NCBI GenBank assembly: GCA_043739185.1
Contig: JAYUEN010000332.1
Coordinates: 32,001-96,000 of the forward strand
Source: Bdellovibrionales bacterium
GTDB taxonomy: Bacteria > Bdellovibrionota > Bdellovibrionia > Bdellovibrionales > JAMPXM01
Direction of reading: 5' to 3'
DNA length: 64,000 bases
Positions 38,486 through 48,891 of this stretch are shown one piece after another. Each line of letters begins with the position of its first letter. Position 1 is the first letter of the stretch. The notes beneath the pieces are model-generated. The model ran no database searches, was not told the origin of the DNA, and was given only the letters and a program-made list of their open reading frames with translations. The position numbers and the translations under genes are program-made.

Positions 38486-40756
38486 ATGAATAATAAACAT
38501 ATTCTTAAAGCGGCAATTCTTACTTCTGCTTTGCTGCTAACGCTTGTTGGCATCACCTTTGTCCTTTGGCTTTATCGGCTTGATGATGAAATAAGTCAGC
38601 GTTTTGCTCAAAAGCGCTTTGCTCCTCCGATTGAATTTTATTCGGCTCCACAGAAGATTGTAATCGGTGCGACCTTTACTCCCGATTATTTTCAAAAACT
38701 CTTTGGCCGGAAACACTTTCGGCGAAGGGAATTTTCGCTTCCTCTGCAACCCAGTGACTTCAGTGTATGGAGCGCGCATGAGTGCCAAAGTGTCTTGACG
38801 GCTTTTAATCTCGGCGAAATCTCAAGCTGTGTTAGCTTTCGAAATAGTGATGCCCAAAGCATTCCGCAATTGCTGGTGATTGACCCCAACTCTAAAGTCA
38901 TCGGGACTTTTGCAGGAACTCCTATTTCGGCAGCTTCCGCCCTTGAAATTGAACCCGAACTCTTTGCTCAGTATTACGGCAATAAACCGACGATTCGCAG
39001 AATAGTAAATTTAGGTGAAGTTCCTGCGAACTGTCTCAACGCACTTCTCGCTATCGAAGACTCACAATATTTTGAACATGGCGCCGTCAGTTTCACCAGC
39101 ATTGCGCGCGCTGCACTCGCAAATTTGCGCTCTGGACGCCGCTCCCAAGGTGGCAGCACAATCACCCAACAACTTGTCAAAAATTACTTTTTAACCTCTG
39201 AACGCTCGTTTTCGCGAAAGCTGAAAGAGTTTGCGATGTCGGTTCTTCTTGAGAGTCGGATTAGCAAAGATGATATTTTAGAAACCTATATTAATTTAAT
39301 TTACATGGGTCTCAGCGGCCCCTTTGAAATTAGAGGCTTTGCGGCTGCGGCTGATCACTACTTTGGAACGGAACTAAAAGATTTAGGACTTGAGCAATGC
39401 GCCCTCGTCGCCGCCCTGGTCAACGGCCCCGGGCTTTACAACCCAGTTACTCATTCTGAAAATGCTTTGAAACGCCGTACTCGAGTTCTAGATCGAATGC
39501 TCGATTTAAAGATGATTACTTCTGGTCAAGCGCTGGCTGCAAAAGCTTCAGCCCTTCCGAAAACCACCGAAAAAAGTTTGAGTGAACCTGCACCTTATTT
39601 CGTAAGTGCCGTACGCAAGCAACTTGAGGCAGCTGGCATTGATGAATCCAATGGCCTGCGAGTTTTTACAACTTTGAATTTAAGATCCCAAGAAGCCGCA
39701 CAACAAGCCGTAAAATATGGAATCGATAATTTAGAAAAAACCAATAAACTGGTACAGAAATTAAAGACCCAAGGAAAAAACATAGAAGTTCTCTTTCTCT
39801 CGGGCGATCCCGAAACTGGATTCATCAGCGCGATAGTGGGAGGAAGAAATTTTACCTCCACCCAATACAATCGCGCCATTGAAAGCCATCGCCAGGTTGG
39901 CTCAATCATGAAGCCCTTAGTTTATTTGACGGCTTTGGACTCTAAGACTGAATTCACTCCGCTTACCATAGTGAAAGACGAAGCCTTCACCCATAAATAT
40001 GATGGACAAACTTGGTCTCCGAAAAATGATGAAGGAAAATACTTTGGAGATATCCCAGCTTTCTTTGCATTGAAGCAATCTCTCAATGCGGGGACCGCCT
40101 CTACTGCAATTTCGATTGGTCTTAGTTCAATCGTCGATACCGCAAGGAAATTGGGCGTAACCTCTTCAATCACCGCGGTTCCATCTTTGTCTTTGGGGGC
40201 CTTTGAATTATTTCCTTGGGAAGTTTTGCAAGCCTATGCGACACTTTCACAATTAGGAAAATTCAATTCACTCAATATCATAAGTCGAGTGGAGCAGCTC
40301 GATGGAACTAGTGTTTTAGAAAATAAGTCTACCTCTGAGCAAAGAGTTTCACCAGAAGCTACGTCTGAACTCGTGAGCATGATGAAGCAAACCATTTTGA
40401 GTGGTACCGCCCGCGGCATTCGCCTCAGTGGGCTCAACTTTCCTGCGGCAGGTAAAACCGGCACCACCAATGATAAAAAGGACGCTTGGTTTGCGGGTTT
40501 TACTCCTCACCATGTCGCCGTCGTTTGGGTTGGCTACGATGACAACGCGAGTGCAAACCTCACTGGTGCTTCTGGAGCCGTTCCGATCTGGGCACACTAT
40601 ATGAAGAATTTTGCGAGTACCCTTCCGCAAGACGATTTTAAGTGGCCCGTCGGAACTCAAATCAAGAGCATTTCGGTTGATGATCAAAAAAAGCTCGGCA
40701 TTCCTGAGCGCCCCGGAATTCCCCTCGAAGATGTTGAGCTGGTATTTCGAAGATAG
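38486..40756 (+). CDS. Class A penicillin-binding protein (PBP1B-like)
   Basis: TM anchor; GT motifs EDSQYFEH, GGSTITQQLVKN, RKLKE; TP motifs SIMK, SLN, KTGT. Confidence 0.92.
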   Translation: MNNKHILKAAILTSALLLTLVGITFVLWLYRLDDEISQRFAQKRFAPPIEFYSAPQKIVIGATFTPDYFQKLFGRKHFRRREFSLPLQPSDFSVWSAHECQSVLTAFNLGEISSCVSFRNSDAQSIPQLLVIDPNSKVIGTFAGTPISAASALEIEPELFAQYYGNKPTIRRIVNLGEVPANCLNALLAIEDSQYFEHGAVSFTSIARAALANLRSGRRSQGGSTITQQLVKNYFLTSERSFSRKLKEFAMSVLLESRISKDDILETYINLIYMGLSGPFEIRGFAAAADHYFGTELKDLGLEQCALVAALVNGPGLYNPVTHSENALKRRTRVLDRMLDLKMITSGQALAAKASALPKTTEKSLSEPAPYFVSAVRKQLEAAGIDESNGLRVFTTLNLRSQEAAQQAVKYGIDNLEKTNKLVQKLKTQGKNIEVLFLSGDPETGFISAIVGGRNFTSTQYNRAIESHRQVGSIMKPLVYLTALDSKTEFTPLTIVKDEAFTHKYDGQTWSPKNDEGKYFGDIPAFFALKQSLNAGTASTAISIGLSSIVDTARKLGVTSSITAVPSLSLGAFELFPWEVLQAYATLSQLGKFNSLNIISRVEQLDGTSVLENKSTSEQRVSPEATSELVSMMKQTILSGTARGIRLSGLNFPAAGKTGTTNDKKDAWFAGFTPHHVAVVWVGYDDNASANLTGASGAVPIWAHYMKNFASTLPQDDFKWPVGTQIKSISVDDQKKLGIPERPGIPLEDVELVFRR

Positions 40757-40867
40757 CCAGGATGTACCTGCTTAGTTTTGGTATAGCAGCGCGACGAAAA
40801 TAGAATAAAATAAAAACTGAAATTATCGCGCTGCTATACCAAAACTAAGCAGGTACATCCTGGCTAT
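40753..40867. repeat. Perfect 42-bp inverted repeat with 31-bp A-rich spacer (REPIN/MITE-like)
   Basis: ATAGCCAGGATGTACCTGCTTAGTTTTGGTATAGCAGCGCGA at 40753-40794 and its exact reverse complement at 40826-40867. Confidence 0.9.
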
Positions 40868-41877
40868 TTTATGGCTTGCCGAACATAGGCCGAAAATGTA
40901 TCCATTAGCCAAACTACAAATGCTACGACGATAATAATGCAACCGACTTGAGACCAGTGAGCCTGACCTTGAGCTTCGAGTAAGGTGGCGCCAATTCCGC
41001 CGCCACCCACGAAGCCAATGATAGTTGCCATGCGTACATTGATGTCCCAACGATAAATTGTGAATGAAATGAAGGGCAAAATGAGTTGCGGTACAATCGC
41101 AAACCAAATGACTTGAATTCGTGTGGCCCCAGTCGATGTGATGGCGTCAATGGGTCCTTCTTCTACACTTTCAATCATTTCTGAAAATTGCTTTGCTAAA
41201 CTTGCAAGCGAATGCACAAAGAGCGCAAGCATTCCGGCATAAGGGCCAAAACCCACCCAAACCGAAAAGACAATGGCCCAAAGAACTGGCTCTACTGACC
41301 TAATGACATTAAAAAGAAGCCTCAGCAAAAAATAAATTAATTTGCTCAGCGCATTTTCACTCATCAAATTTTTGGCGCTAAAAAAACTCAATACAAACGC
41401 GAATGGAAACGCCAAGGTCGTGGCCATAAACGCAATAAAAATTGTTTCAACCAATTTCAAAATGGCCTGAGGTAAAATCTGCCAGTCGGGCCGAGCCATT
41501 TGAGAAAAAAGATTCATCGCGTGTTCAAATGAGTCCTTTTCTAAAATCTGTGTCCAACTCATTTTGGTTGCAAAATAAGAAAGACTTAAGGTGACCAAGA
41601 AAAGGCTAAGCGCTTGATACTTCCAAAAATTAAGAAAGCGTTTGCAGAGAAGATCATGGCTGAAAATAATCAGGCCAAGAGTTTGAATTTTAAGCGCAAT
41701 AAGTAAAAAACTCACTAGGGCACCAATAACAAAGCTTCCTAAAAAGTATTTTAAATTGCGCAGTAACTGCAGCAACTCGTTATCAATAGGCATAAGGATC
41801 GTGAGTGCCACAACGAAAAGCAGATAAGCCAAGCTGAAAGAATCAAAAATATAGGAAATGAAGAGGCGTCGATTCAT
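40864..41877 (-). CDS. phnE: Phosphonate/phosphite ABC permease with extra N-terminal TM region
   Basis: GPYAGMLAL, YRWDINVRMATIIGFVGGGGIG. Confidence 0.85.
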   Translation of the reverse strand: MNRRLFISYIFDSFSLAYLLFVVALTILMPIDNELLQLLRNLKYFLGSFVIGALVSFLLIALKIQTLGLIIFSHDLLCKRFLNFWKYQALSLFLVTLSLSYFATKMSWTQILEKDSFEHAMNLFSQMARPDWQILPQAILKLVETIFIAFMATTLAFPFAFVLSFFSAKNLMSENALSKLIYFLLRLLFNVIRSVEPVLWAIVFSVWVGFGPYAGMLALFVHSLASLAKQFSEMIESVEEGPIDAITSTGATRIQVIWFAIVPQLILPFISFTIYRWDINVRMATIIGFVGGGGIGATLLEAQGQAHWSQVGCIIIVVAFVVWLMDTFSAYVRQAIK

Positions 41878-42644
41878 TTGATGTCCACGCCTGCCGAATT
41901 TTCACCATATATTTCTTGAAACACCTGATCGGTAATTTGCGAAGGTGGAGCGTTGAAAACGATTCGACCTGCTTTCAGCGCAATCACTCTGGTCGCATAC
42001 TCACGCACAAGACTCAAATAATGAAGATTACAAATAATGGTCACACCCAATTCTTGATTTACGAATTTCAAATATTTCATAACCGTATTGGCCGTACTAG
42101 GATCTAAGCTAGCAACAGGCTCATCTGCTAATAAAATCTCAGGCTTTTGCATCAAGGCGCGAGCGATAGCGACGCGCTGTTGTTGCCCACCAGAGAGATG
42201 AGCGGCCCGCACATTTATCTTTTCTTCAATTCCTACCAAGCGTAGATATTCTTCAGCTTGTTCAATGTGGAGTTTTGAAAATGATCCCAAAATGCTATCG
42301 AGGCCTGAAGTTTCGGAAAGAGCTCCCATAAGCGTATTGCTTAGTACCGTGTGACGTGAAATGAGATTGAATCCTTGAAATATCATTGCAATTTTCTTAC
42401 GTAATTTAAGAAGGGCCTGACCCTGGGCTTGAACTAAATTTTGATTTTGAAAAATAATCTCGCCACTGGTCGGCCTTACAATTTGGTTCACACATTTAAG
42501 AAGCGAAGATTTACCACTGCCGCTCAAACCAATGACCACCAGAAATTCGCCGGCATTCAGCTCAAAACTCACGTCATCTAGTGCCATGATTCGGTTTGGG
42601 TAGGTCTTTGATAATTTTCGAACGCTTAAAATATTTTGCGCCAT
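41874..42644 (-). CDS. phnC: Phosphonate ABC ATP-binding protein
   Basis: GLSGSGKS, LSGGQQQRVAIARAL, ADEPVASLDP. Confidence 0.9.
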   Translation of the reverse strand: MAQNILSVRKLSKTYPNRIMALDDVSFELNAGEFLVVIGLSGSGKSSLLKCVNQIVRPTSGEIIFQNQNLVQAQGQALLKLRKKIAMIFQGFNLISRHTVLSNTLMGALSETSGLDSILGSFSKLHIEQAEEYLRLVGIEEKINVRAAHLSGGQQQRVAIARALMQKPEILLADEPVASLDPSTANTVMKYLKFVNQELGVTIICNLHYLSLVREYATRVIALKAGRIVFNAPPSQITDQVFQEIYGENSAGVDIK

Positions 42645-42647
42645 TTT

Positions 42648-43556
42648 TTAACGATCTCTATGGAGATCCAAACCTTGCTCAACCGCCATAATCTGAAGCT
42701 TATCAAAATCCGAATCTTTACCATCTTTGAAATCAGTCACCAGTAGATTTTTCATTTTCACTTTCCCTTCTGGAGTCGCGAGATAAGCCTTGAAAGCGGA
42801 TGCGATTTTAACCTTCATTTCCTCAGGTAAATCCTTGCGAAAGGCAACCGGATCATTTGGAATTTCTTCGGTCAAAGCTAAAATTTTAATTTTCTTTTCA
42901 ACATCGGGATATTGAGCCCGAACTAAAATCCTGGCATCTTGAATTTCATGATCTACAGGTGGAGAATAAAACACCGCGCCAGCATCGACTCTTCCCTGAT
43001 ATACCATTGACACCACAGCATCGTGCTTTTGCGCAAAGACGCTTTCGCCGAGCTTTATGCCCGCATTCTTAAACATTTTTGAAGGCACAATATAGCCCGA
43101 CATTGAGGACGGATCGACAAACGCAAATCTTTTCCCGTTGAGATCTTTTATTGATTTTATAGCTTCACGATCAGACCGAACGATTATTTCCGCTTGGTAG
43201 GTTGATTGTCCATATCGTACGACAATGAGCCGGGCTTCCGCTCCAAATTTACTGTGCGCTAGCAGGTAGCCAAAAGTATTTATAACTGCCAAATCGACAC
43301 GTTTTGAGCCAAAGGCTTCAACAACGGCAATATAGTTTTGCGGGATACTGATTTCAAAATGATAGCCCGTAGTCTTTTCTAAAAAAACTTTGAAGTCTCG
43401 AGAGTTTTCATCTAGGACCTTGGCGTCTACAAAGGGCGTAAAAAGCAACTTAACCGGATTGCCAACCGATCCTAATTCTGGCTTTTTGAAGGTGCAGCTC
43501 ACAGAGCTCAATATGGCAAAAAGTGTAATCAATATTCCTAGTTTAGGTATTGGCAT
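42648..43556 (-). CDS. phnD: Phosphonate/phosphate ABC substrate-binding lipoprotein
   Basis: Lipobox SVSC, YIAVVEA, DPSSMSGY, HDAV. Confidence 0.85.
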   Translation of the reverse strand: MPIPKLGILITLFAILSSVSCTFKKPELGSVGNPVKLLFTPFVDAKVLDENSRDFKVFLEKTTGYHFEISIPQNYIAVVEAFGSKRVDLAVINTFGYLLAHSKFGAEARLIVVRYGQSTYQAEIIVRSDREAIKSIKDLNGKRFAFVDPSSMSGYIVPSKMFKNAGIKLGESVFAQKHDAVVSMVYQGRVDAGAVFYSPPVDHEIQDARILVRAQYPDVEKKIKILALTEEIPNDPVAFRKDLPEEMKVKIASAFKAYLATPEGKVKMKNLLVTDFKDGKDSDFDKLQIMAVEQGLDLHRDR

Positions 43557-43616
43557 GCGTTTAAGTTAAATGATTTGGTCATTGAGTCAACAGACTATTT
43601 TTGTTAATACTCCAGC

Positions 43617-44357
43617 ATGAAAAATCTCTCTACAAAAATTTCAATTTTAGATCAGATTCTCGAGCGCATTAAGGCCCATGACCAACCGGAGAGAGAATTT
43701 TTATGTATCTTTGATCTTGATTCAACTCTCTATGACTTAACCGATCGCAAACAACAAATTCTCTTGAGCTTTTTAAATGTCCCTGAAAATCTTGCAAAAT
43801 ATGCATCCGAATGCGCCCAGCTAAGCTCAGTAAAAGTATTGAAAAACGAATTTGGAATTGACGAGGCCCTTGCCCGCGTTGATTTAAGTGCACACACTCA
43901 TCCGGAGTTTTACAAGGAAGTCCATACTTATTGGGAGTTCTATTTTTTTCATAACGATTTTATGAAGTTTGATACCAGCTTTCCAGGCGCAGTTGAATAC
44001 GTGCGCAAAGTAGACGAGCTTGGAGCTAAAATCATTTATCTCACCGGACGAGACGAACCCAGGATGATGAGCGGAACGCTTCAAAGCCTTAAAACCTGCG
44101 GCTTTCCGCTCGAGAAAGAAAATATTGAAGTTTGTTTGAAGCCGCATTCCCAAATTTCAGATCATAATTTCAAACTCGATTTTATGAAGGATTTAGAAAC
44201 TAAGTTTAATGAAATTTGGCTTTTCGAAAATGAGCCTGTCAATATCAATCTGATTGAAAAACATTGTCCAAAAATCAATTTTGTTTTTATCGATTCAAAT
44301 CATTCAGGGCGAGAAAAAGTTGGCCTTCATCATTTTTCAATCAAAGATTTTAAATGA
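43617..44357 (+). CDS. HAD-superfamily hydrolase (acid phosphatase-like)
   Basis: FDLDSTL, YLTGR, FK motif. Confidence 0.75.
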   Translation: MKNLSTKISILDQILERIKAHDQPEREFLCIFDLDSTLYDLTDRKQQILLSFLNVPENLAKYASECAQLSSVKVLKNEFGIDEALARVDLSAHTHPEFYKEVHTYWEFYFFHNDFMKFDTSFPGAVEYVRKVDELGAKIIYLTGRDEPRMMSGTLQSLKTCGFPLEKENIEVCLKPHSQISDHNFKLDFMKDLETKFNEIWLFENEPVNINLIEKHCPKINFVFIDSNHSGREKVGLHHFSIKDFK

Positions 44358-44917
44358 GGATAGGCTAACATCATCGAAGCAAGCACAATCGAATGTCTGA
44401 TTTTGCCAGAAAATACCTGTTCATAGGCCTCTTTTACAGGAATCTCAAGGACTCGAATATCTTCAAAAGCATCTAATTTTTGACTCGTCACTTTCTCGCA
44501 ATTGAGAGCTAGGTAGCTGTGCATCCAATTGTTTTGCATGGCGGGATTCGGGCGGTGCCTCCCCAAATAAATGATTTGCTGGGGCTTATAGCCAGTTTCT
44601 TCAAGAAGTTCGCGCTCGGCAGCGGCTTGATAGTCTTCTTTATCCCCAGGATCCGAAGAGCCACCGGGAATCTCAAGTTCAATCTCTTTGCAGGCATGAC
44701 GGTATTGTTCGACTAAAATCACTTCATCTTTGGTATTTAAGGCCATAACATTGACCCAATCCCTAAAACTTAAGACATAGTAATTGGGTGTGACTCTACC
44801 ATCAGGAAGCTCGCAACGATCTGTCCTAAGATTGAAAAAGCCAGCGCGAAAGAGCTCTTTGGATTCAAGGACCTTCCAAGGTAAAACGATTGAATTCTTT
44901 TTCAATTTGGACCTCAC
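44330..44917 (-). CDS. Nudix hydrolase (ADP-ribose pyrophosphatase-like)
   Basis: VEQYRH, PGGSSD...AAERELLEETG Nudix box. Confidence 0.88.
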   Translation of the reverse strand: MRSKLKKNSIVLPWKVLESKELFRAGFFNLRTDRCELPDGRVTPNYYVLSFRDWVNVMALNTKDEVILVEQYRHACKEIELEIPGGSSDPGDKEDYQAAAERELLEETGYKPQQIIYLGRHRPNPAMQNNWMHSYLALNCEKVTSQKLDAFEDIRVLEIPVKEAYEQVFSGKIRHSIVLASMMLAYPHLKSLIEK

Positions 44918-44954
44918 TTTGACATGCTTCTCAATCTAGGCTACACGAATTGCC

Positions 44955-45908
44955 ATGAACGAAGAAGCTGAAATCAATTCATTTTTACCTGGCCTGAGCG
45001 CGCTCATGCAGGACAGTCTTTTGCGACGTGGTAATAAGTTGAACTTGCAGGGCGAAATTGCAAAAACACCACAGGCGCCACCCAACTGGAATGAAATGTC
45101 CCTGGACAAGCTCACTTTAAAACTCAAACGCTGCGCGGGACAAGCAATTGCAGACTTTGATCTGATTTCAGACGGAGATCGCATTTTAGTGGCCATTTCG
45201 GGTGGTAAAGATTCTTGGGCTCTGCTCGATATTTTGAATCAAATGCAAAAGCGTGCGCCCGTTGATTATAAAATTATTGCCGTGAATATTGACCAAGGCT
45301 ATTCAGGATTTCGACAAGATATTGTCGAAGATTATGTGCGAGAACACAAATTCGAATATCATATGGAGTTTTTTGATATCGCCAGCATCATCGAAGAAAA
45401 GACCAAGCCTGGTGATACTCCATGCTCATTGTGTGCCCGCTTGAGACGTGGCTCACTTTATGGATTGGCTGAAAAATACGCCTGCAACAAGATTGCACTT
45501 GGTCACCACCAAGATGACTTCATTGAGACCTTGCTGCTCAATAGTTTTTTTGTCGGCAGACTTGCGAGCATGGCCCCTAAATTGGTTTCAGATGATGGTA
45601 AAAACATTGTCATTCGCCCCTTGGTTTATGCTTCTGAATCCCTAATCAAGTCTTATGTAACAAAGAAAAACTTTCCGGTAATATGTTGCCAATGCCCCAT
45701 TATGTGCGGCGAAACGGTTCACGGAGACTACAAACGCCGTATGATTAAAAAGCTCGTCGACCAACTCGAGACCGTCATTCCTCATATTCGAGACAGTTTG
45801 CTTGCAAGTCTCGGCAATATTCAACCATCCCATTTACTTGATACAAGCTTATGGGATTTTAAAAAGGACCTGCCTCAGCTTGAAAATTCGACTGAGTCTT
45901 GTTCATGA
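44955..45908 (+). CDS. ttcA: tRNA 2-thiocytidine(32) synthetase
   Basis: SGGKDS PP-loop, CSLCARLRRG, LGHHQDD, CCQC. Confidence 0.9.
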   Translation: MNEEAEINSFLPGLSALMQDSLLRRGNKLNLQGEIAKTPQAPPNWNEMSLDKLTLKLKRCAGQAIADFDLISDGDRILVAISGGKDSWALLDILNQMQKRAPVDYKIIAVNIDQGYSGFRQDIVEDYVREHKFEYHMEFFDIASIIEEKTKPGDTPCSLCARLRRGSLYGLAEKYACNKIALGHHQDDFIETLLLNSFFVGRLASMAPKLVSDDGKNIVIRPLVYASESLIKSYVTKKNFPVICCQCPIMCGETVHGDYKRRMIKKLVDQLETVIPHIRDSLLASLGNIQPSHLLDTSLWDFKKDLPQLENSTESCS

Positions 45909-46558
45909 GTCTTTCAGTCATTGCGACGCCAATAGGAAATCCAAAGGACATTAGCCTGCGAGCCATTGAATGCCTCACCAATGCTGAAGTCGTCATTGGA
46001 GAGGAATTCAAAGAAGTCAGTAAGCTTTTAAAAAGTTTAGATATTAAGGGCAAAGCACTTGAAGTATTAAATGAGCATTCAACACCTGAAGATGTTCAAG
46101 CGCTTTTAAAGATTTGCCTCGAAAAAAATGTGGCTTTGGTTTCAGATTGCGGCACGCCTGGATTTTGTGATCCGGGGGCCTCTCTTATTCAGCTCTGTCG
46201 CAAACATAAGCTAGAAGTTCGAACTTTGCCGGGAGCTTCAAGTTTGATGGGGCTTTTGTCTTTGAGCGGAGAACGCATCAATCAATTTGTCTTTCGAGGC
46301 TTTTTACCAGCAGAAAATGAAGCGCGCGCTGCCGAAATTAAAAAACTAAAAACTGAAACTCGCCCTCTGGTATTAATGGATACGCCCTATCGTCTGAAAA
46401 AACTTTTATCGGAACTCAGTGAAGCCATGCCCCAGCGCCGAGCTTTACTTGCCTGTGACCTTACGCAAGAAACCGAAGTCGTGATTGAGTGTCTAGTAAA
46501 AGATTTAAGTTCAAAACTCGTCAAAGAAAAGGCCGAGTTTATGTTGCTTTTGTTCTAA
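45899..46558 (+). CDS. rsmI: 16S rRNA C1402 2'-O-methyltransferase
   Basis: [28 protein letters not shown]. Confidence 0.85.
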   Translation: MFMSLSVIATPIGNPKDISLRAIECLTNAEVVIGEEFKEVSKLLKSLDIKGKALEVLNEHSTPEDVQALLKICLEKNVALVSDCGTPGFCDPGASLIQLCRKHKLEVRTLPGASSLMGLLSLSGERINQFVFRGFLPAENEARAAEIKKLKTETRPLVLMDTPYRLKKLLSELSEAMPQRRALLACDLTQETEVVIECLVKDLSSKLVKEKAEFMLLLF

Positions 46559-47058
46559 TGGCTGCTGCCGATCAGGGATGCGGGTACTCGAACGGTATCT
46601 GATTTTTCAATAGATTTAACAACGACGGCGTTGGCTCCAACTCGGCAATCATCACCGAGAGTAATTGGCCCGAGAATTTTAGCGCCCGCGCCAATGAGAA
46701 CTCGATTCCCAACTGTCGGATGACGTTTGATATCGTCAAATTTGACGCCACCCAAAGTGACACCATGAAAAATAATGCAGTCGTTGCCGATCACAGCAGT
46801 TTCGCCGATAACGACGCCGACGCCATGATCTATTACCAAGCGTTTTCCTATTTTTGCCCCCGGATGAATTTCAATGCCGGTTAAAAAGCGCGAGAATTCA
46901 CAAAAAAAGCGCGCTAAAAAAAACAGCTTATACCTATAAAATCGATGCGCAATACGGTGAAACAATATGGCTTTAGGCCCCGGATAAAGAAGGGCAATCT
47001 CAATAAGACTTTTTGCCGCCGGATCATATTTCTTATATGCTTTTAAAAAATCAAACAT
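46555..47058 (-). CDS. cysE: Serine O-acetyltransferase
   Basis: [38 protein letters not shown] 47058. Confidence 0.9.
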   Translation of the reverse strand: MFDFLKAYKKYDPAAKSLIEIALLYPGPKAILFHRIAHRFYRYKLFFLARFFCEFSRFLTGIEIHPGAKIGKRLVIDHGVGVVIGETAVIGNDCIIFHGVTLGGVKFDDIKRHPTVGNRVLIGAGAKILGPITLGDDCRVGANAVVVKSIEKSDTVRVPASLIGSSH

Positions 47059-47060
47059 GA

Positions 47061-48095
47061 TCAGGCTTTCAAGTAAAAATATCGTTCGAAGATTTGATTG
47101 AAGCGGCTCCACTTATCGGAAGTATGCGATTCATTTTTCATAAATTGGGTGATGGTATTCATTTTACTATCAAAGTCATCGATTGCAGCAACGATAAATG
47201 CCTCTAAAAACATGGGCAGTTTGGGTGAGCCAAATTCAATTTTTCCGTGATGAGATAAAATAATATGCTTGAGTAGATCCTTTAGTTCTTCAGGAAATCC
47301 CATGATTTTTGAGGCTTTTTTCTCGACCAATTCAACGGCCATAATCATGTGGCCCAAGAGTTGACCCTTGTCAGTATAAGAAATTCCTTGGCCGACTTCG
47401 AGCTCCCAAATTTTACCAAGATCGTGGAAAATTGCTCCAAAAATTAAATAATCTACTTTGACCTGGGGATAGTGTTTAGCAATGAAAACACACAAACCAC
47501 AAATCGAAACAATGTGCTCAAGCAATCCGCCCAAATAAGCATGATGAATGGTTTTGGCGGCAGGCGCTCGCAAAAGCTTTGATCGAATATCCAGATCGTT
47601 CAAGGTATCAAAAATTAAAACGCGGATATTACGATCTGAAACGCCTTCAACAATTTGCAGGAGCTGCTGATACATTTCTTCGGGTGAGCGCTCGGACTGA
47701 TTGAGAAAATCATTTACCTCGTACTCTCCGGCTTGAGCTTTTTCGAGTTTATGAATGACGATCTGTTTGCGGTTTTGAAAAACCTGCATCAGGCCCTTGA
47801 TCTTTACCATATCTCCATTTTGAAAACTATTTGATATCGCCTCAATATTGTCCCAAACCCTGGCCTCAATATCTCCGGTCTTATCGGCTAAGGTCAGAAT
47901 CATATAGTTCTTGCCATTTTTGCCAGTTAAAATTGATCTCTCGCGGGCTAAAAAAACCGACTGAAAAGCTTCTTTCTCAGTTAAATCCTTAACAAATACC
48001 TTATTCGACTTTGTATGGGGAGCAGGCTCTAATTTTGAGGCGTCGATAACTGGAGATCCTTCTGATTGCATTTGTTCTCCCTTAAAGAGATTCAA
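47061..48095 (-). CDS. yhaM: 3'-5' exoribonuclease YhaM/Cbf1 family (OB + HD)
   Basis: [13 protein letters not shown]-fold, [26 protein letters not shown]. Confidence 0.85.
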   Translation of the reverse strand: MNLFKGEQMQSEGSPVIDASKLEPAPHTKSNKVFVKDLTEKEAFQSVFLARERSILTGKNGKNYMILTLADKTGDIEARVWDNIEAISNSFQNGDMVKIKGLMQVFQNRKQIVIHKLEKAQAGEYEVNDFLNQSERSPEEMYQQLLQIVEGVSDRNIRVLIFDTLNDLDIRSKLLRAPAAKTIHHAYLGGLLEHIVSICGLCVFIAKHYPQVKVDYLIFGAIFHDLGKIWELEVGQGISYTDKGQLLGHMIMAVELVEKKASKIMGFPEELKDLLKHIILSHHGKIEFGSPKLPMFLEAFIVAAIDDFDSKMNTITQFMKNESHTSDKWSRFNQIFERYFYLKA

Positions 48096-48891
48096 CTTTA
48101 TTGAGCATCGGATGACATTGAAGCGAATTAAAACGTGAATCCTTAACGCTCAATTGGGAAATGTAAAGTGTTTTGTTGAGTTGTACGGCAAAAAAGAAAC
48201 TACCTGCGGTCGAAGTCACATCTAAGTGGTCGGTGGTATTGAGTAAGAGGCCATTTCCCTTCATACTTTTTTCAAAAAAACTGGTTATATCGTAATATTT
48301 ATTGCAGCCCGAGCCGACAATCTTTCCGCCCCATTTTCTGCGACGTGAATTGCTAAGATAAAAAACCCGAATGCTTTCTTTCGAAAAATCCTTTACTGCT
48401 GCTTCATTCGTTTCTTCAGTTTTGGTTTTTGCAAATTCGACTTTTAAATAGTAACTACCGCGTCGATTCTCAACAAAATCGGCAAGATCCAAAACTCCGC
48501 CACCGGCGCCATAGTAAAGCTGATGGTCGTGAGCTTGCAGAATCCCTTTATTGTCTGGTTTCTCACTTAAGCGCACGCTGATCGGTACATATTCTTTACT
48601 GACATCCTCTAAAAGCAAGCTGTCGTCGCTATCACCTTCGACCTTCACTTCGCCTTTTGACTCTCCCTTTTTTTCTTTTTTTGACTCTTCTTTTGCTTTT
48701 GAAGAAGTCACTTTGTAAACCGTTTCAATGCGATCCCAAAGTGATGTCGGCAATTCAATATCTATTGTGGCCCGACTCATATCATGTTCGACGAGCTTCA
48801 TTTCTTTATTGGAGTCCGATCGATGACAAGAGCTTAAAGGAGCTAAGCAAAATATGAGGAGAACAACTGCTTTATTTTTCGCCAAGCTCAT
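48082..48891 (-). CDS. Hypothetical lipoprotein
   Basis: ATG 48891, lipobox LSSC; no family recognised. Confidence 0.6.
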   Translation of the reverse strand: MSLAKNKAVVLLIFCLAPLSSCHRSDSNKEMKLVEHDMSRATIDIELPTSLWDRIETVYKVTSSKAKEESKKEKKGESKGEVKVEGDSDDSLLLEDVSKEYVPISVRLSEKPDNKGILQAHDHQLYYGAGGGVLDLADFVENRRGSYYLKVEFAKTKTEETNEAAVKDFSKESIRVFYLSNSRRRKWGGKIVGSGCNKYYDITSFFEKSMKGNGLLLNTTDHLDVTSTAGSFFFAVQLNKTLYISQLSVKDSRFNSLQCHPMLNKVESL

